A stretch of DNA of 63,895 bases, counting the filler, from Globobulimina sp. (Eukaryota), in assembly GCA_003354225.1 (NCBI GenBank). It is 17 parts of 17 records of this genome, joined end to end, with 100 filler letters (N's around TTAATTAATTAA, not from the genome) between each part and the next. Parts side by side here need not be neighbours in the genome. Positions count along the whole stretch, not along the records: positions 11,309 to 14,977 come from PIVH01002290.1; positions 15,078 to 18,744 come from PIVH01002291.1; positions 18,845 to 22,511 come from PIVH01002292.1; positions 22,612 to 26,275 come from PIVH01002293.1; 13 more parts are not named here. One strand, 5' to 3'. Under the pieces are notes generated by a model, which saw only the letters and a list, made by a program, of their open reading frames with translations, had not been told where the DNA came from and searched no databases. Below are positions 11,630 to 23,274 of this stretch, one piece after another; position 1 is the stretch's first letter, and each line of letters starts with the position of its first letter. The translations under genes were made by a program, and so were the position numbers.

Positions 11630-12691
11630 TCATTTTTGTTGGAGATATTTCAAAATCTCATCTTGTTCTTCATTCTCATTCTCATTGTCTTGTTCCTCAT
11701 CATCATTAATTCCCAAATTCATCAATTTTTCAATAGTTTGCTCCTTTGTATCTTGTTTATAAATAATTTTATTCTCTGAATCTTTTTCAATTTGTTCAAT
11801 TTGTTTTTTTTTCTCATCCTCTTCCCTTTCTTTTCTTTGCTTTATTTTCTTGATCAACATTGGTTTATATTCCGTATAATACTCTTTTTTACACTTTTCG
11901 ATTTGTTTAAAAAATTCAAACATTCCCTGTCCAGTCACTGACGACACACCGACTGTGCTGATATTTGTATAAAATGCATTTAACACATTCCCCAATGCCT
12001 TAATCAATGTGCTTTGATAGCTATTATTTGATTTCATTGCTTCTTCAAAATCATCCAATGAGTTCATCCAATTTATAGCAAACAAATGTGATTTGATATC
12101 GATTTTATTAAATACCAATAAAAACGGCAACTTTGTCTTATACAAAATAGAACACGCATAGGTCATATTGGACATAAACGTGACGCAGTCCATGCATTTG
12201 GGCGTATCAATCACATAAATTAATATCGTCGGATATTCGCAGGCTAACGTTTCTGTTATAATTTGCCCAGAAGCACTCCACGTAAACACCTCAATTTGTC
12301 CCGGTGTGTCAATAAATACGTATTCTAACTCATTCTTCCTCGCATCGATGAGGTCAATGACTTGATTGAACTTTGTGGCAAATAGGTTTAATGAGGTTAA
12401 TATGCCACCATTTGGACCTAATTTATATTGTTTCATGACATTTTTATAATTGATTGTATCGCGAATGTCTATATTTGCTTCATATGGGATGTCATAAACT
12501 GCTGGGTCTAAATTAATTATATACGATGGCATCTTGAATTGATGAACATGCGCATTTATTCGTTGCATTAATGTTGTTTTGCCACTGCCTGCCATTCCGA
12601 TTATTATTGCTATTGTTGGCACATTGTCTTTATTTGTTTTAGATTCTAATGGTTCTGTTGTAGATGCTGTGTCTTGTTTTGGTAGTGCCAT
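11630..12691 (-). CDS. GPN1: GPN-loop GTPase 1 (XAB1/Npa3)
   Basis: GMAGSGKTT, NLDPA, LGPNGGILTSLNLF, DTPGQIEVFTWSASGQII, FMSNM.YACSILYK. Confidence 0.96.
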   Translation of the reverse strand: MALPKQDTASTTEPLESKTNKDNVPTIAIIIGMAGSGKTTLMQRINAHVHQFKMPSYIINLDPAVYDIPYEANIDIRDTINYKNVMKQYKLGPNGGILTSLNLFATKFNQVIDLIDARKNELEYVFIDTPGQIEVFTWSASGQIITETLACEYPTILIYVIDTPKCMDCVTFMSNMTYACSILYKTKLPFLLVFNKIDIKSHLFAINWMNSLDDFEEAMKSNNSYQSTLIKALGNVLNAFYTNISTVGVSSVTGQGMFEFFKQIEKCKKEYYTEYKPMLIKKIKQRKEREEDEKKKQIEQIEKDSENKIIYKQDTKEQTIEKLMNLGINDDEEQDNENENEEQDEILKYLQQK

Positions 12692-12833
12692 TATGGATTG
12701 TTTTGAGTGAGAGGATTTTATTAAAGTATCTTTTTAGTAAAAAAACATTTATCTTTTCACAAATTCTTAATTCTTAACAAGAGTATTTCATGTATGTCAC
12801 AACTATTCGAAGATATGTTCCATGTGTGGTTGC

Positions 12834-13835
12834 CTACAAATTAATCTTTTTCCAAACAGATCCAAAATGAACAACTTGTTCAATAAATATACCATCAAAT
12901 ATTTCATCCACAACGACATATAAAACAATACAATCAGTTAATTTATTGGATTTCATATATTTTCTATAACTAATAGCACTTTGAAAACGTTTATTTTTAA
13001 AGAATGTAATTTTCTGTTTGAACGTATCAATTATTATCGTCAACCAATCGCCTTCGCCATATGCTTCTAAATGCGTTTGCATTAATTGCTTCATTCCATG
13101 AATAGCGCCGTAAAAACCATCCCAAAAATCACGTTTATCATTGGCCCCTTTCCTCCCACCATAATAAGTTAGGCGGTGATCGAAGATACGGCCGCCATTC
13201 TCCTCTTCGCCAAAGCTATTTTCATTACAAATACCAATCCACATTTCATCCTCTTTCCCCATACAATATAATTGAAAACATAGCATATCTTGATATGACA
13301 CATTAATTCCTGGTGATACTGCAATGCAAATTGCATCATTAGTCATTGTATCCGATGCTTGGCAAATTGCGTTATTTTCATACAGCTCAAATTGTGCATT
13401 TCTTGCATCGTTGCATGAATATATCCATTTATGTGACTCATAGTTTATTAAATATAACTCAATGCATTTACAAATGTTATCGATTAAAGATTTGCTCGAA
13501 CCAAATAAACATATGCCATAATGATCTGTAATTGACATATTTAGCGCTTGTCGGATATGTGTATGGTATGAATAATTTGGTAGCTCAATGAATAAAGCAA
13601 TACGTAAACATAATGTCATTAAAGACATTGAGTTTTTACATGTGAATAAATTATTTGTTTTATGGCCAATCGCAACTTCATATTTTTCAATACGTTTGAA
13701 TAGTTTTTTAAAAGGGAACAAATCTGGCAATAAACTGATAAATCCATCACGGATACAATATGAGTATTCCATAATGGATAATGGAGTCGTTCCTACTTTA
13801 CAGATGCGGACCTGTGTAAATTTGTTTGTGGCCAT
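12834..13835 (-). CDS. Hypothetical protein with a C-terminal SPRY/B30.2-like domain
   Basis: 'EMWIGIC...YGEGDWLTIIIDTFKQKITFFKN' is a SPRY-like beta-sandwich pattern. Confidence 0.55.
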   Translation of the reverse strand: MATNKFTQVRICKVGTTPLSIMEYSYCIRDGFISLLPDLFPFKKLFKRIEKYEVAIGHKTNNLFTCKNSMSLMTLCLRIALFIELPNYSYHTHIRQALNMSITDHYGICLFGSSKSLIDNICKCIELYLINYESHKWIYSCNDARNAQFELYENNAICQASDTMTNDAICIAVSPGINVSYQDMLCFQLYCMGKEDEMWIGICNENSFGEEENGGRIFDHRLTYYGGRKGANDKRDFWDGFYGAIHGMKQLMQTHLEAYGEGDWLTIIIDTFKQKITFFKNKRFQSAISYRKYMKSNKLTDCIVLYVVVDEIFDGIFIEQVVHFGSVWKKINL

Positions 13836-13877
13836 TGTCAGTTATTTTAATAATAATACTTAGTCAAGTAACAAATC

Positions 13878-14600
13878 ATGGCAGCGCCCAGTACCAATGT
13901 CTCCAAAGCTTTGGAAGAATTGGTACACAAAAGGCAGCAACAATTAGCATATTTGCGCCGCACACACCAACCTGATGTAGATTTTAAAGACATGGAGAAT
14001 TATGGCCAATCGTCATTTTGGTTGAATACAATCTCAGTGGATCCACCCACAATCAATGCAGAAATGAAGAATGAATCACGTAAATTGCGCGGATGGTTTT
14101 GTTTGGGCACCTCATTGAGTAAATTATTGGAGATTGAAGATCATACGGTTTTGGTTAATTCATTTATCCAATTAATGGAGGAATTTTCCTACCAATTTGG
14201 TGCTCGAATACATGCTGGTTTTTCATATTTACGCTCCAAAAATTTGCAGGAAAAGTTTGATTTATATTCGTCGCAGCCAATTAAGCCAATTATATGGAAA
14301 AGGGACAATAAAGTCGTATTTCAATTGTTGCAAACCCCGACATTGCCGGAAGGACTCAATTATTGTTTAATTGTATATTCATTGGTGTCCATTATTTATC
14401 TCTTATACTCCAAATTTTTGCATCAAGTTTGCTCGAATGAAATATGGAGAAAAGCCATTGAGACTTTGGATGAAAAAGTAAGTATTCTAGTTTTGAAGGA
14501 TTTAACTGATGTTTTAACAAAATTAACCAATCAATCTGTTGACAAACAAGTAAATGAAATCATGCCTGGAAAAGATAATAATGTCAATGCAAATATGTAA
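13878..14600 (+). CDS. Conserved eukaryotic protein of unknown function
   Basis: Intact 240-aa ORF. The pattern 'YLRRTH...FWLNT...LG.SL...TP.LP' resembles an uncharacterised fungal/plant family (from memory, not searched). Confidence 0.6.
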   Translation: MAAPSTNVSKALEELVHKRQQQLAYLRRTHQPDVDFKDMENYGQSSFWLNTISVDPPTINAEMKNESRKLRGWFCLGTSLSKLLEIEDHTVLVNSFIQLMEEFSYQFGARIHAGFSYLRSKNLQEKFDLYSSQPIKPIIWKRDNKVVFQLLQTPTLPEGLNYCLIVYSLVSIIYLLYSKFLHQVCSNEIWRKAIETLDEKVSILVLKDLTDVLTKLTNQSVDKQVNEIMPGKDNNVNANM

Positions 14601-14697
14601 CATTTTTTTTTTTGGAGTTGGAAACCTTTTGTGTTGGCTTTTAAGCGCAAGGATTTGCATCTCATTAACTGTTCCTTTCAAAACTTTGTTTCTTTTG

Positions 14698-14977
14698 ATG
14701 GCTTCAGTAGTGTCTGAATGCTTTGATAAATCTCACAAAGATGTAACAATTTGTAACAACAGACAAACAGCGAGCAATTACAAATATATTAATGTATGGG
14801 CGAACCATCGAACATGTTATGGAAAAACAGCAATAGCATTGAGCGATAATGTGATAGCAACGTGGAATGTTATCATTCAATCTATGGGTAATTCTGCCTA
14901 TGTTTGTATTGGTATTGATGAGGATGAATGTAAGCATATTAATACGTGGTTTTATGGAAACAAAGAAACTGCCAATT
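14698..14977 (+). CDS. SPRY-like protein, 3' partial
   Basis: 'TCYGK...ATWNVIIQ...YVCIGID', running into the linker. Confidence 0.5.
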
Positions 14978-15077
14978 NNNNNNNNNNNNNNNNNNNNNNN
15001 NNNNNNNNNNNNNNNNNNNNNTTAATTAATTAANNNNNNNNNNNNNNNNNNNNNNNNNNNNNNNNNNNNNNNNNNNN

Positions 15078-18000
15078 TTTCATTTTACATTGAAAACAGA
15101 TAAAAATGGCAATATATTTGTACGCAAATTAAATCCTGGATTCACACAAATTTATATTGAAACAAAAAATAAACATTTAAATGCACAAAATATTGCTGCA
15201 AATAAATGGATATTAACAGATGATGACAATGCATATGACTCAACATATTATTTGAATGAAAATAACTGTTTAAACATTGCATTGAATAATAATTATTCGC
15301 TGACAAATGTTGGCTTATTTGATTGCATTTATTCTCTAAAATATAATCATAAAAATTATATCTCAGTCACAAATAATGGATATTTAAAGATTGCAAATCT
15401 CAAACACGGTCAATACATTTTATCCTCGCTAAATTCCAATATTCCAAACTTAAAAATTGTTGTTTTACCAAAGAATTTTGATGATGAAACTAAGGACAAT
15501 AATAATGAAAACATTACATTATACAATGAATATTATCAGCAATTATCGCCATTGAAAACATTGCAAATTGGCAACATTGATGGTTGTCGTTCGAAGGGAT
15601 TCAAAATTAAAATAAATGGAATCAACAATTTAAAATTAACTCGCGTTCATATAATATTTACTCATTTTTACCCTCAATTCAAAGTGATAAAATATTTAAA
15701 AAAATTGTCTAAATCATCACACATAAATGGTACATTTGCATCGTGCCAAAACAAATTAATATTTTCAAATAAAAGAAGAATAAACGAAGAATATAGATAT
15801 TGTATCGAGCGACAAAAACAACATAAAATGAATGGATCTTTGTTATCAAAGCCATCATTTTTAATAAAACCATTTGAAAGAGCCAACGTTGAGACTTCCA
15901 CACAAATACAAAAGGTGCGTGATGCTGAAAAAATGGCTACAAAAACAACAAAAAAACTAAAACCACAACAAATGTATTCACTGTCTGGTTTAAAGGAGTG
16001 TAGTGACAGTAGTGTAGAATTAGAAAATGCTTTTGATGTTAGTTTAGAATTTCTGCCAACTGCCTCCAAAATATTACTCAATATGGCTCCTGATAATGAT
16101 GGCTATGTTTATATTGATAGAAAAATCATTGATACGTCGCATACAATGATGCATATTATGGCTGCTGATGGCTGTGATACTAAATATAAATCCTACTCAA
16201 TGTACGAATGTGTAGAGGATTATATCTATCATTCGAATGAAAGAAATGAAAGCAAGCAAGAAGAAGGAAATACAAATCGATATAAAGACAACACAAAAAG
16301 AATGGATGAGGATGTAATACAGAATATGGATAAAGCGGTACCTGTATTAAAACAAGAAAATAGATCCATTATATTGTTGAACAAAGGCGATCAACATTTA
16401 ATTGAAGACTTTAAATCTGCAGAAATTCAAACTTATGATACAATAAAACATATTTATTCTTTGTTAACTGCGCTGTCAAAAGATAAAAATAAGAGGAAAT
16501 TGGAAGGATTATTGAAAACTTGGTCATTTGTAACACGGTGGGATAAATTATCCGAATCAAATAAAATAAGGACATATGATCAATACTTTTGTCATGAATT
16601 GAATTTATTTTTATATGTCAAAGATCAATCATTTTTTAATAAAATCGCAAAACCGTTAATTCAATCCAAACTACGTAAAGATTTGATGGATTATTTCTTA
16701 TTAAATGATATCAAACATTTACAGAAATTCGCTCAATCGCATTTATTGAAACAATTGAATCCGTTGGAAAAAATATTATTAGCATTTGCATTGAAAGACG
16801 ACATTTTACGCGCAAAAACATTAAATTATTTCACAAAACAACAGCAATTATTACAGATAACGCCACAAAAACTTGACAAATTGTTAAGTATCAATTTCCT
16901 TTCTATGCAATAGTAATTAGTATGAAATGCTTTCTTTTCTATAGATTCCGCACAGCTTTATCTGAGAAACAATTTGAATCACAATCAACTGACATAGTTA
17001 CCGATGATGTTAACATTGCTGCGGTTACTAATTATGACGATGAGTCTGATGAATCTGACTCTGATGAATGTTTTGCTGAATCAGCCCGTTATAATTTTGA
17101 CCCTCCAGCGGATGGCGGTGTTGTGGCAACATTACAAGTCTGGGATACGGTTTGTACAATAAAATATATTACATTCTAACCAAAATATATATGCATTGTG
17201 GTTAATATACGAAATATAGGCCGGACAGGAACGATTTCAATCCCTTGGCCATGCTTTTTATCGTGGTACGGATGGATGTCTTTTAGTTTATGACATTACG
17301 GATCGGAAATCATTTGAAAGCCTGCCTTCGTGGATAGAGGATGTGCACTCAAACAGAGGAAGTACGCAATCTGATGGTTTGCCGATGATGCTGGTCGGGA
17401 ATAAGACGGATTTAGCCAGCACAAAACGGCAAGTTTCTCGAAAAGAGGGCCAGAAATTCGCAAGACAGCATGGCTTTGGTTTCATTGAAACCTCAGCAAA
17501 AGATGGTGTTAATGTAGATGGCGCATATAACAATTTGTCAATGTTGATTTGTCAATGGATTAAAGAGGGTAAAACCGCACATTTTGGCGGTGGTAGTGGC
17601 AAAAAAGTGTTATTCAAAATAATTATGGTTGGCGACTCTGGTGTTGGTAAAACTGCGTTGGAGCATAGATATATGAATAGGAAGTTTAGCAATCAGTATA
17701 AAGCAACGATTGGGGCTGATTTTCAGACAAAAGAAACGAAGTTAGCTATTAATTTGGATGAGTTACCGCAGCAACAAACGTATATTCCTCCATCACTGAG
17801 TATGGAATCAAAGGTGTTTCATAAAAAAGCAAAGAAGATGAACAGTTTTGGTTTATTTTCTGGATTTTCTGGATTTTCTGCATTTTCTGTTGGTAAATCC
17901 GTAAATGATACAAAGCAGAGATCTAAAACGATACCAACCATTGGCTTTAATTCCAATATGAATTATAATTTAGGAACACGGTCAGCTGCGTATGATATGA

Positions 18001-18744
18001 ATGAATCGGTTGATGTCAGAATGCGTGAGATTGGAACTAGAAAACAATTGTATCAGCAAATAGAAGCCACAAAAGAATATCAAGAAACGTATTGGTATTT
18101 GAAGAAATATGAAGATTGTACAAGAAAATTAATACCGTTAAACAAGTTTTGGTGCGAATTTGCAATTTATTTGCTGACTGTGGATAACGTCAATGATAAA
18201 GATAAAGATTTGAAGTTTCTATCAAAATGGATATTGTTATGTACAGCAAATGTACATGAAATTATATGTTGTTTGGCTGTGTTAGATTTACCATTTGAAT
18301 GTGATATTAATGGAGCAAATTATAATTATATGAGCTCAAAAGATGCATTGATTTTAAACTGCGACGATGAGACTGATGGAGGACTCATTGTATTTGTTAA
18401 ACAAATAGACATTGAAAGTAATGATAATGATAAAAATAAGAATTTATCCAATATTTCAGTGAATGTTTCATATTTTGATCCGTATGATTTGTATGAGTTT
18501 GGTGATGATGATGAAAAATATGATAAATTTATTAATTTAGCAACTGACTGTTTTTATAGCTTAAAGGTTTATTGTTGTTTGGTGATATTAACCAATATAT
18601 CATCGATTGAACAGGATTTGAAAATATTTGTTGAAATTCCATCAGGTTCAATACCATGCGGTGAAAATTCTTATTATGATAAGACACATTTTGTGAATAT
18701 ACAGTCATATTCTACCCAAAAATTGAAATTTTATTTTTATTTCC
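15078..18744 (+). CDS. Very large COG2373/alpha-2-macroglobulin-related protein with an inserted circularly permuted Rab-like GTPase (both ends partial)
   Basis: ORFs 15090-16913, 16922-17179 and 17343-end join through introns 16883-16944 and 17150-17219. Host motifs CHELNLFLYVKD, TKEYQETYW, N.FW.EFA, LAVLDLPF and EIPSGSIP flank the GTPase motifs. Confidence 0.8.
17113..17750 (+). other. Circularly permuted Rab7-like GTPase domain (G3-G4-G5-G1-G2)
   Basis: LQVWDT^[16 protein letters not shown] (G3), VGNKTDL (G4), ETSAK (G5), linker HFGGGSG, KKVLFKIIMVGDSGVGKT (G1), KFSNQYKATIGADFQTKE (G2). Confidence 0.9.
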
Positions 18745-19469
18745 NNNNNNNNNNNNNNNNNNNNNNNNNNNNNNNNNNNNNNNNNNNNTTAATTAATTAA
18801 NNNNNNNNNNNNNNNNNNNNNNNNNNNNNNNNNNNNNNNNNNNNCTTCTGGATCAATGCAGTGCTCTGCTTGAGCTAAGCGACCTTTATCCATTATCGAT
18901 TTAATTTCTATGTGGAGGTTTATTTTTCAAATGAATTATAAACCATATGGAGAGACAGTAGAGGCAATAGAGTGAGGACTATTTATTAATCCACGCTGCT
19001 AGCAAGCAATCCTCGTAGACATAAGTAGACTTTAAATGTAACGGTCTCGAAAAACACTTAGTTGGACATAGTCTAATCAATTCACCAGATGTGCGACTCT
19101 TTTAACATTATATTTTTAACCTATTTTTCTTCCTGAATTAAAGTTTTGGTTAGATTCCGACATGATAAAATGAATATTTGCACATTCTACCAGTTTTTGC
19201 ACACATTCCAACATAGCTAAAGATTATTATTAATACATACTGTAGTTAATATTTTTACTTAAATTACCTATTCATAATTGAATATAATATTAGAATGAAT
19301 TATGCATTTTTATCGGAGTTGTAAATAACTACTTTTCTTGTATCCACGCTCCTAGCATGCAATGCACTAAGTGATCTTCGGAGTTTTAAGTATTGCCTCT
19401 TAGAAAATAGTTAGTTGGCTGGAGTCAATTCAGTGAAGTAGAACTGCAAATCAGTTATATAATACCGAA

Positions 19470-20592
19470 ATGATAGAAATGAAAGTTGAAGAAAAAGAGA
19501 AGTATGCCATTAAAAAAGAAGCAGAAGAAAAAAAAACAAATACTACAGCTGTGATTGCTGACTTACAGGAACTAGATGAGAAAGGTTTGTTATTTGTTCT
19601 GTAGAGATCATATAGGTTCTAAATTAAGTTATTGTTATTTGTCATTAGAACTCGAAATATCAATAAATTTTAAAGAATCCATACAACGACGATTATCTGC
19701 CAGAACAAGTACTGATAATATGAGAGAAAATAAATTTGCGGGGATGGTTATTTTTGGATGTATAGTTTGTGTGATTGTATGTATTGTGTTATGGCAAATT
19801 AATCCGGCTTATTTTGTATTAGATATTAGTTTTATTCCTCAAACTCTAATATTATTATTAGCTGAGTCTTTATGGCATATTTTCTTATCATTTTTAGTGA
19901 TTAAATATGATATTAAGATCAATTATACTCGAAAATTAGCGCATTTATTGCGAATTCCAAAGTATTTTTTGATTGAATATTTGCCGGGCTTTGATAAAAA
20001 TGAAATAAGCATATTATTGGTATTTGTAACCTCTCAGTTCCTTTACATAGTGATGTTTCATCACAAAACAAGAAGAATGTTCTGTTTGTTTGAATTCATA
20101 TTTATCGCTCAAAATAGAATCGAGGATCAACCCTCGACGTTGACCTTTCAAGTGACTGAAGATTGTATGAGATTCTTTATTTATTATCCGATTACATTAT
20201 GGATATCGTATACAAATAAAAATGAAGCCATTATCTTTATACCACAAATGATAAATAGTATCGGTGATGGTTTGGCAGAACCAGTGGGGATTAGGTTTGG
20301 TGCACATAAATACAAAACATTTGCACTGTGGTTTGATGGCAAATGGTTTAATCGACAGTTTACACGAAGTTTAGAAGGAAGTTCATGTGTATTCATGACA
20401 ACATTTATTGTCATTTTGATTGAATATTTTTTGGGCATTTTCTCAAATGCTCAGTTATTATATTTATTGATGACAATGCCATTTTATATGACCATGGCGG
20501 AAGCCGTCGCACCACACACAAATGATGGACCATTTTTAGCTTTGGTTGGATGTCTTATTTTAATTTTAGGATATCAAGTTATCGATTGTTAA
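19470..20592 (+). CDS. CTP-dependent polyprenol/phytol/dolichol kinase-family (cytidylyltransferase-like) membrane protein
   Basis: TRKLAH, GDGLAEPVGIRFG and RSLEGS motifs; multi-TM. Upstream exon from 19470 joined by intron 19585-19648. Confidence 0.78.
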
Positions 20593-20834
20593 CATACTAA
20601 TTAAATGTGTCGCAGATTTTTGAAATGTGTTTCTGAAATGTGCTTTTTATTTAAGTTTTCTTTTTTTTTTCAAACAAGAGTACTAAAAGTTGTATACTTT
20701 AGAACATGAATAATTTGAACATGAATACGTTTGAAACTGTATACATTATCCTCACACACACGGAAGATGGCGATCACTTCCTCTTTAGTTTCAAAAAAAG
20801 AATTGCGATTTTCACTTGACCGACAGTTTTTGAA

Positions 20835-22364
20835 ATGTTTGCAAAATGGCTGTCTGTAACGGCTGTTCCTTGTTGTTGTGCTCTTAGTTTTGGTTCTTTC
20901 GCTGTAACAGCACAGAAAGATAATAATGATGGGAATAACTTGTATTATTCGAGTGTAATAATTGGTTCAGGATGGGCAGGGATTGGTGTTGCAGCATCAT
21001 TAAAAGCTAATAATGTGGATGATTTTGTGATATTTGAAAAAGGGAATTGTATTGGATATTTTTGGTCGAAATTATATGACTCTATTAAAATGAATACATA
21101 TCGACATCGTTTATGGAATTCACCATCAACTATTGAACCAAGCAAAATTGAGGATTATCGAAGTAAACACGGCGTATTGGATTATCTAAGCAAATACTGT
21201 CAATATCATAATATCGACAAACATATACAATTTAATAAAGAAGTGAAACATATTAAATATGATAAAGCAAGAAAGGAATGGATATTAAATATTAATAACG
21301 GTCAACAAATACACACAAAGCTGCTCACAATCGCCACTTCCATCAATCGTGTAAGTTAAAGTTAGAAATTTCTCACAATCCTTTCCTAAAAATATAAAAC
21401 ATATATACAGGTTCCATACATTCCGGAATTTATTGGTATGGACACATATAAAGGTTGCATGCTTCATACATTTGAGTATTACAACGCTGCACAGTTTGAT
21501 AATATTGTCAACCAAAACAAAAAACGGAAATTTTTGTTGATTGGTTGTGGTAATTCAGCCATAGAAATTGCAGGCGAGATAAAACTGCACAATCCAGAGA
21601 TGAATGATGTAACATTGTTGATACGGAATGGGAGACATTTTACCAAAGAGAAAACTAAACACAGATTCGAGAGTATTTTGGATAAAATATGTTCACCATC
21701 ACCTTTCTCACAAGAATCATTAATAAATGACAATATATTGTCTTGCAATGATTTGTCATTCCACACAGATATTATTCATTTTGATAAATTTACCAATTTT
21801 ATGATATTTACAGATATGCAAAAATATGGAATTGCAAAGCCAAAATTATCACCAACAGCGGATCATTATTATAATAAAAAGTTAACTGTTGTTGATAGAG
21901 GAACAATTCCGATGATTAAAAAAAAGAAAATAAATATAAATAACAAAAGAATCAAAAAGTTTACAAGCAATGGTGTTGAATTTGAAGATGGAAGAAATGA
22001 AAACTTTGATGTGGTGATATTTGGAACAGGTTATCGTCATGGTTTAAATGAGTTTTTTGATGAAGATATGTGGCATAGATTGCGTACAAATGCATATAAT
22101 TATCCTGATGGATTAGTTGAACTATGCTTGGCTCAGAATATTGAGATACCTATAAAGCGAGCCTATGAGTGGCCAAATTTAAATGGAAGAGGTCGGAGTA
22201 AATGTTTTGATAATTTGTATTTTGCTGGATTTGATCAAGGATATCTGGGCGGACTAACCATTGGTTTGTATTCTTGGTCAATTGGTGAAGAAATTGCAGT
22301 TAAATTAGATAAAATATCAATCAATGAATGTAGTATGCCATGGATTAAAACAGAGTATCAATGA
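20835..22364 (+). CDS. Flavin-containing monooxygenase (class B, FMO/YUCCA-like)
   Basis: IIGSGWAG (FAD), YKGCMLHTFEY (FMO motif), IGCGNSAIE (NADPH), FGTGY. Intron 21351-21410 joins the two ORFs. Confidence 0.9.
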
Positions 22365-22611
22365 AGAAAACGAATTCGCATCCAACTCTTGTTCATACTG
22401 AAATCAACTAAAACTTTTTTCTTTAAATTTGAACTACACAGTTGTGAAAAACAGCATATTTAGGGATTCTTATTTGAACATAGTAGCAAGGCGTTCATAT
22501 GACAAAAAAATNNNNNNNNNNNNNNNNNNNNNNNNNNNNNNNNNNNNNNNNNNNNTTAATTAATTAANNNNNNNNNNNNNNNNNNNNNNNNNNNNNNNNN
22601 NNNNNNNNNNN

Positions 22612-22889
22612 TTCCCACGATTCCACCAAATACGGGCTTTAGCATACCAATCGTCGAATGATTTGACATCGTTTGCATATTTGCCACCAATCCAATGGGA
22701 TATATGTGATAATACTCGCGATATTAACTGTTGTCTGCTTGGATCAGAAATAACAAAGGTTGGCAATTTTATTGTGCATCGTGAAACTAATTCTTTATTG
22801 ACGATATCAACCAAAACATTCATTCTATGGTTGCATCGTCTTTTTGTGCCTTCCATAACCTGCTGTTTTGCCTGTTCAAACTCGTTCAT
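22612..22889 (-). CDS. Hypothetical protein, 3' partial
   Basis: ATG-initiated ORF running into the linker; no motif recognised. Confidence 0.35.
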
Positions 22890-22942
22890 GTTGTAATTAA
22901 TTTGTATCTTTACTCAAGACTTTTTTTTCTTAGTTTGCGTTT

Positions 22943-23046
22943 ACGGATTTTAAAGGTTTTACAGGATGATAGCTATCTGGATCCACACACAATCTAAATA
23001 ACGACATTGACGTTTATGTCGAGAACAATTTAATGATTGAAGTTGT
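22943..23046. repeat. 104-bp inverted repeat, left copy
   Basis: Reverse complement of 25556-25659 with a single mismatch. Confidence 0.95.
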
Positions 23047-23274
23047 ATAAAATATGAAGAATTTAGCTGATTTTGAAGAGTATTAGGGGTGTTCCACGTG
23101 GGATGTTCTTATATTACACGTTTACAACATAAAAGTAAATAGATATTACAAAAAAAAAGGCAAATAATAATAAGAATATGTATTATTACAAAGAATAAGA
23201 ATAAGATTATACGAACATAAAAGTATATGAATATCAAAGTGTACAGTAATAAGTAATAAAATATATATCAAATG

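Noticed and set aside
16884-16944. Stop-codon reassignment to explain split ORFs
   Set aside because: Most splits resolve with short GT-AG introns, and TAA, TAG and TGA all terminate conserved genes.
22955-23045. Box C/D snoRNA call for the 104-bp repeat
   Set aside because: The C box is imperfect (ATGATAG) and CTGA is present in only one copy; there is not enough evidence.
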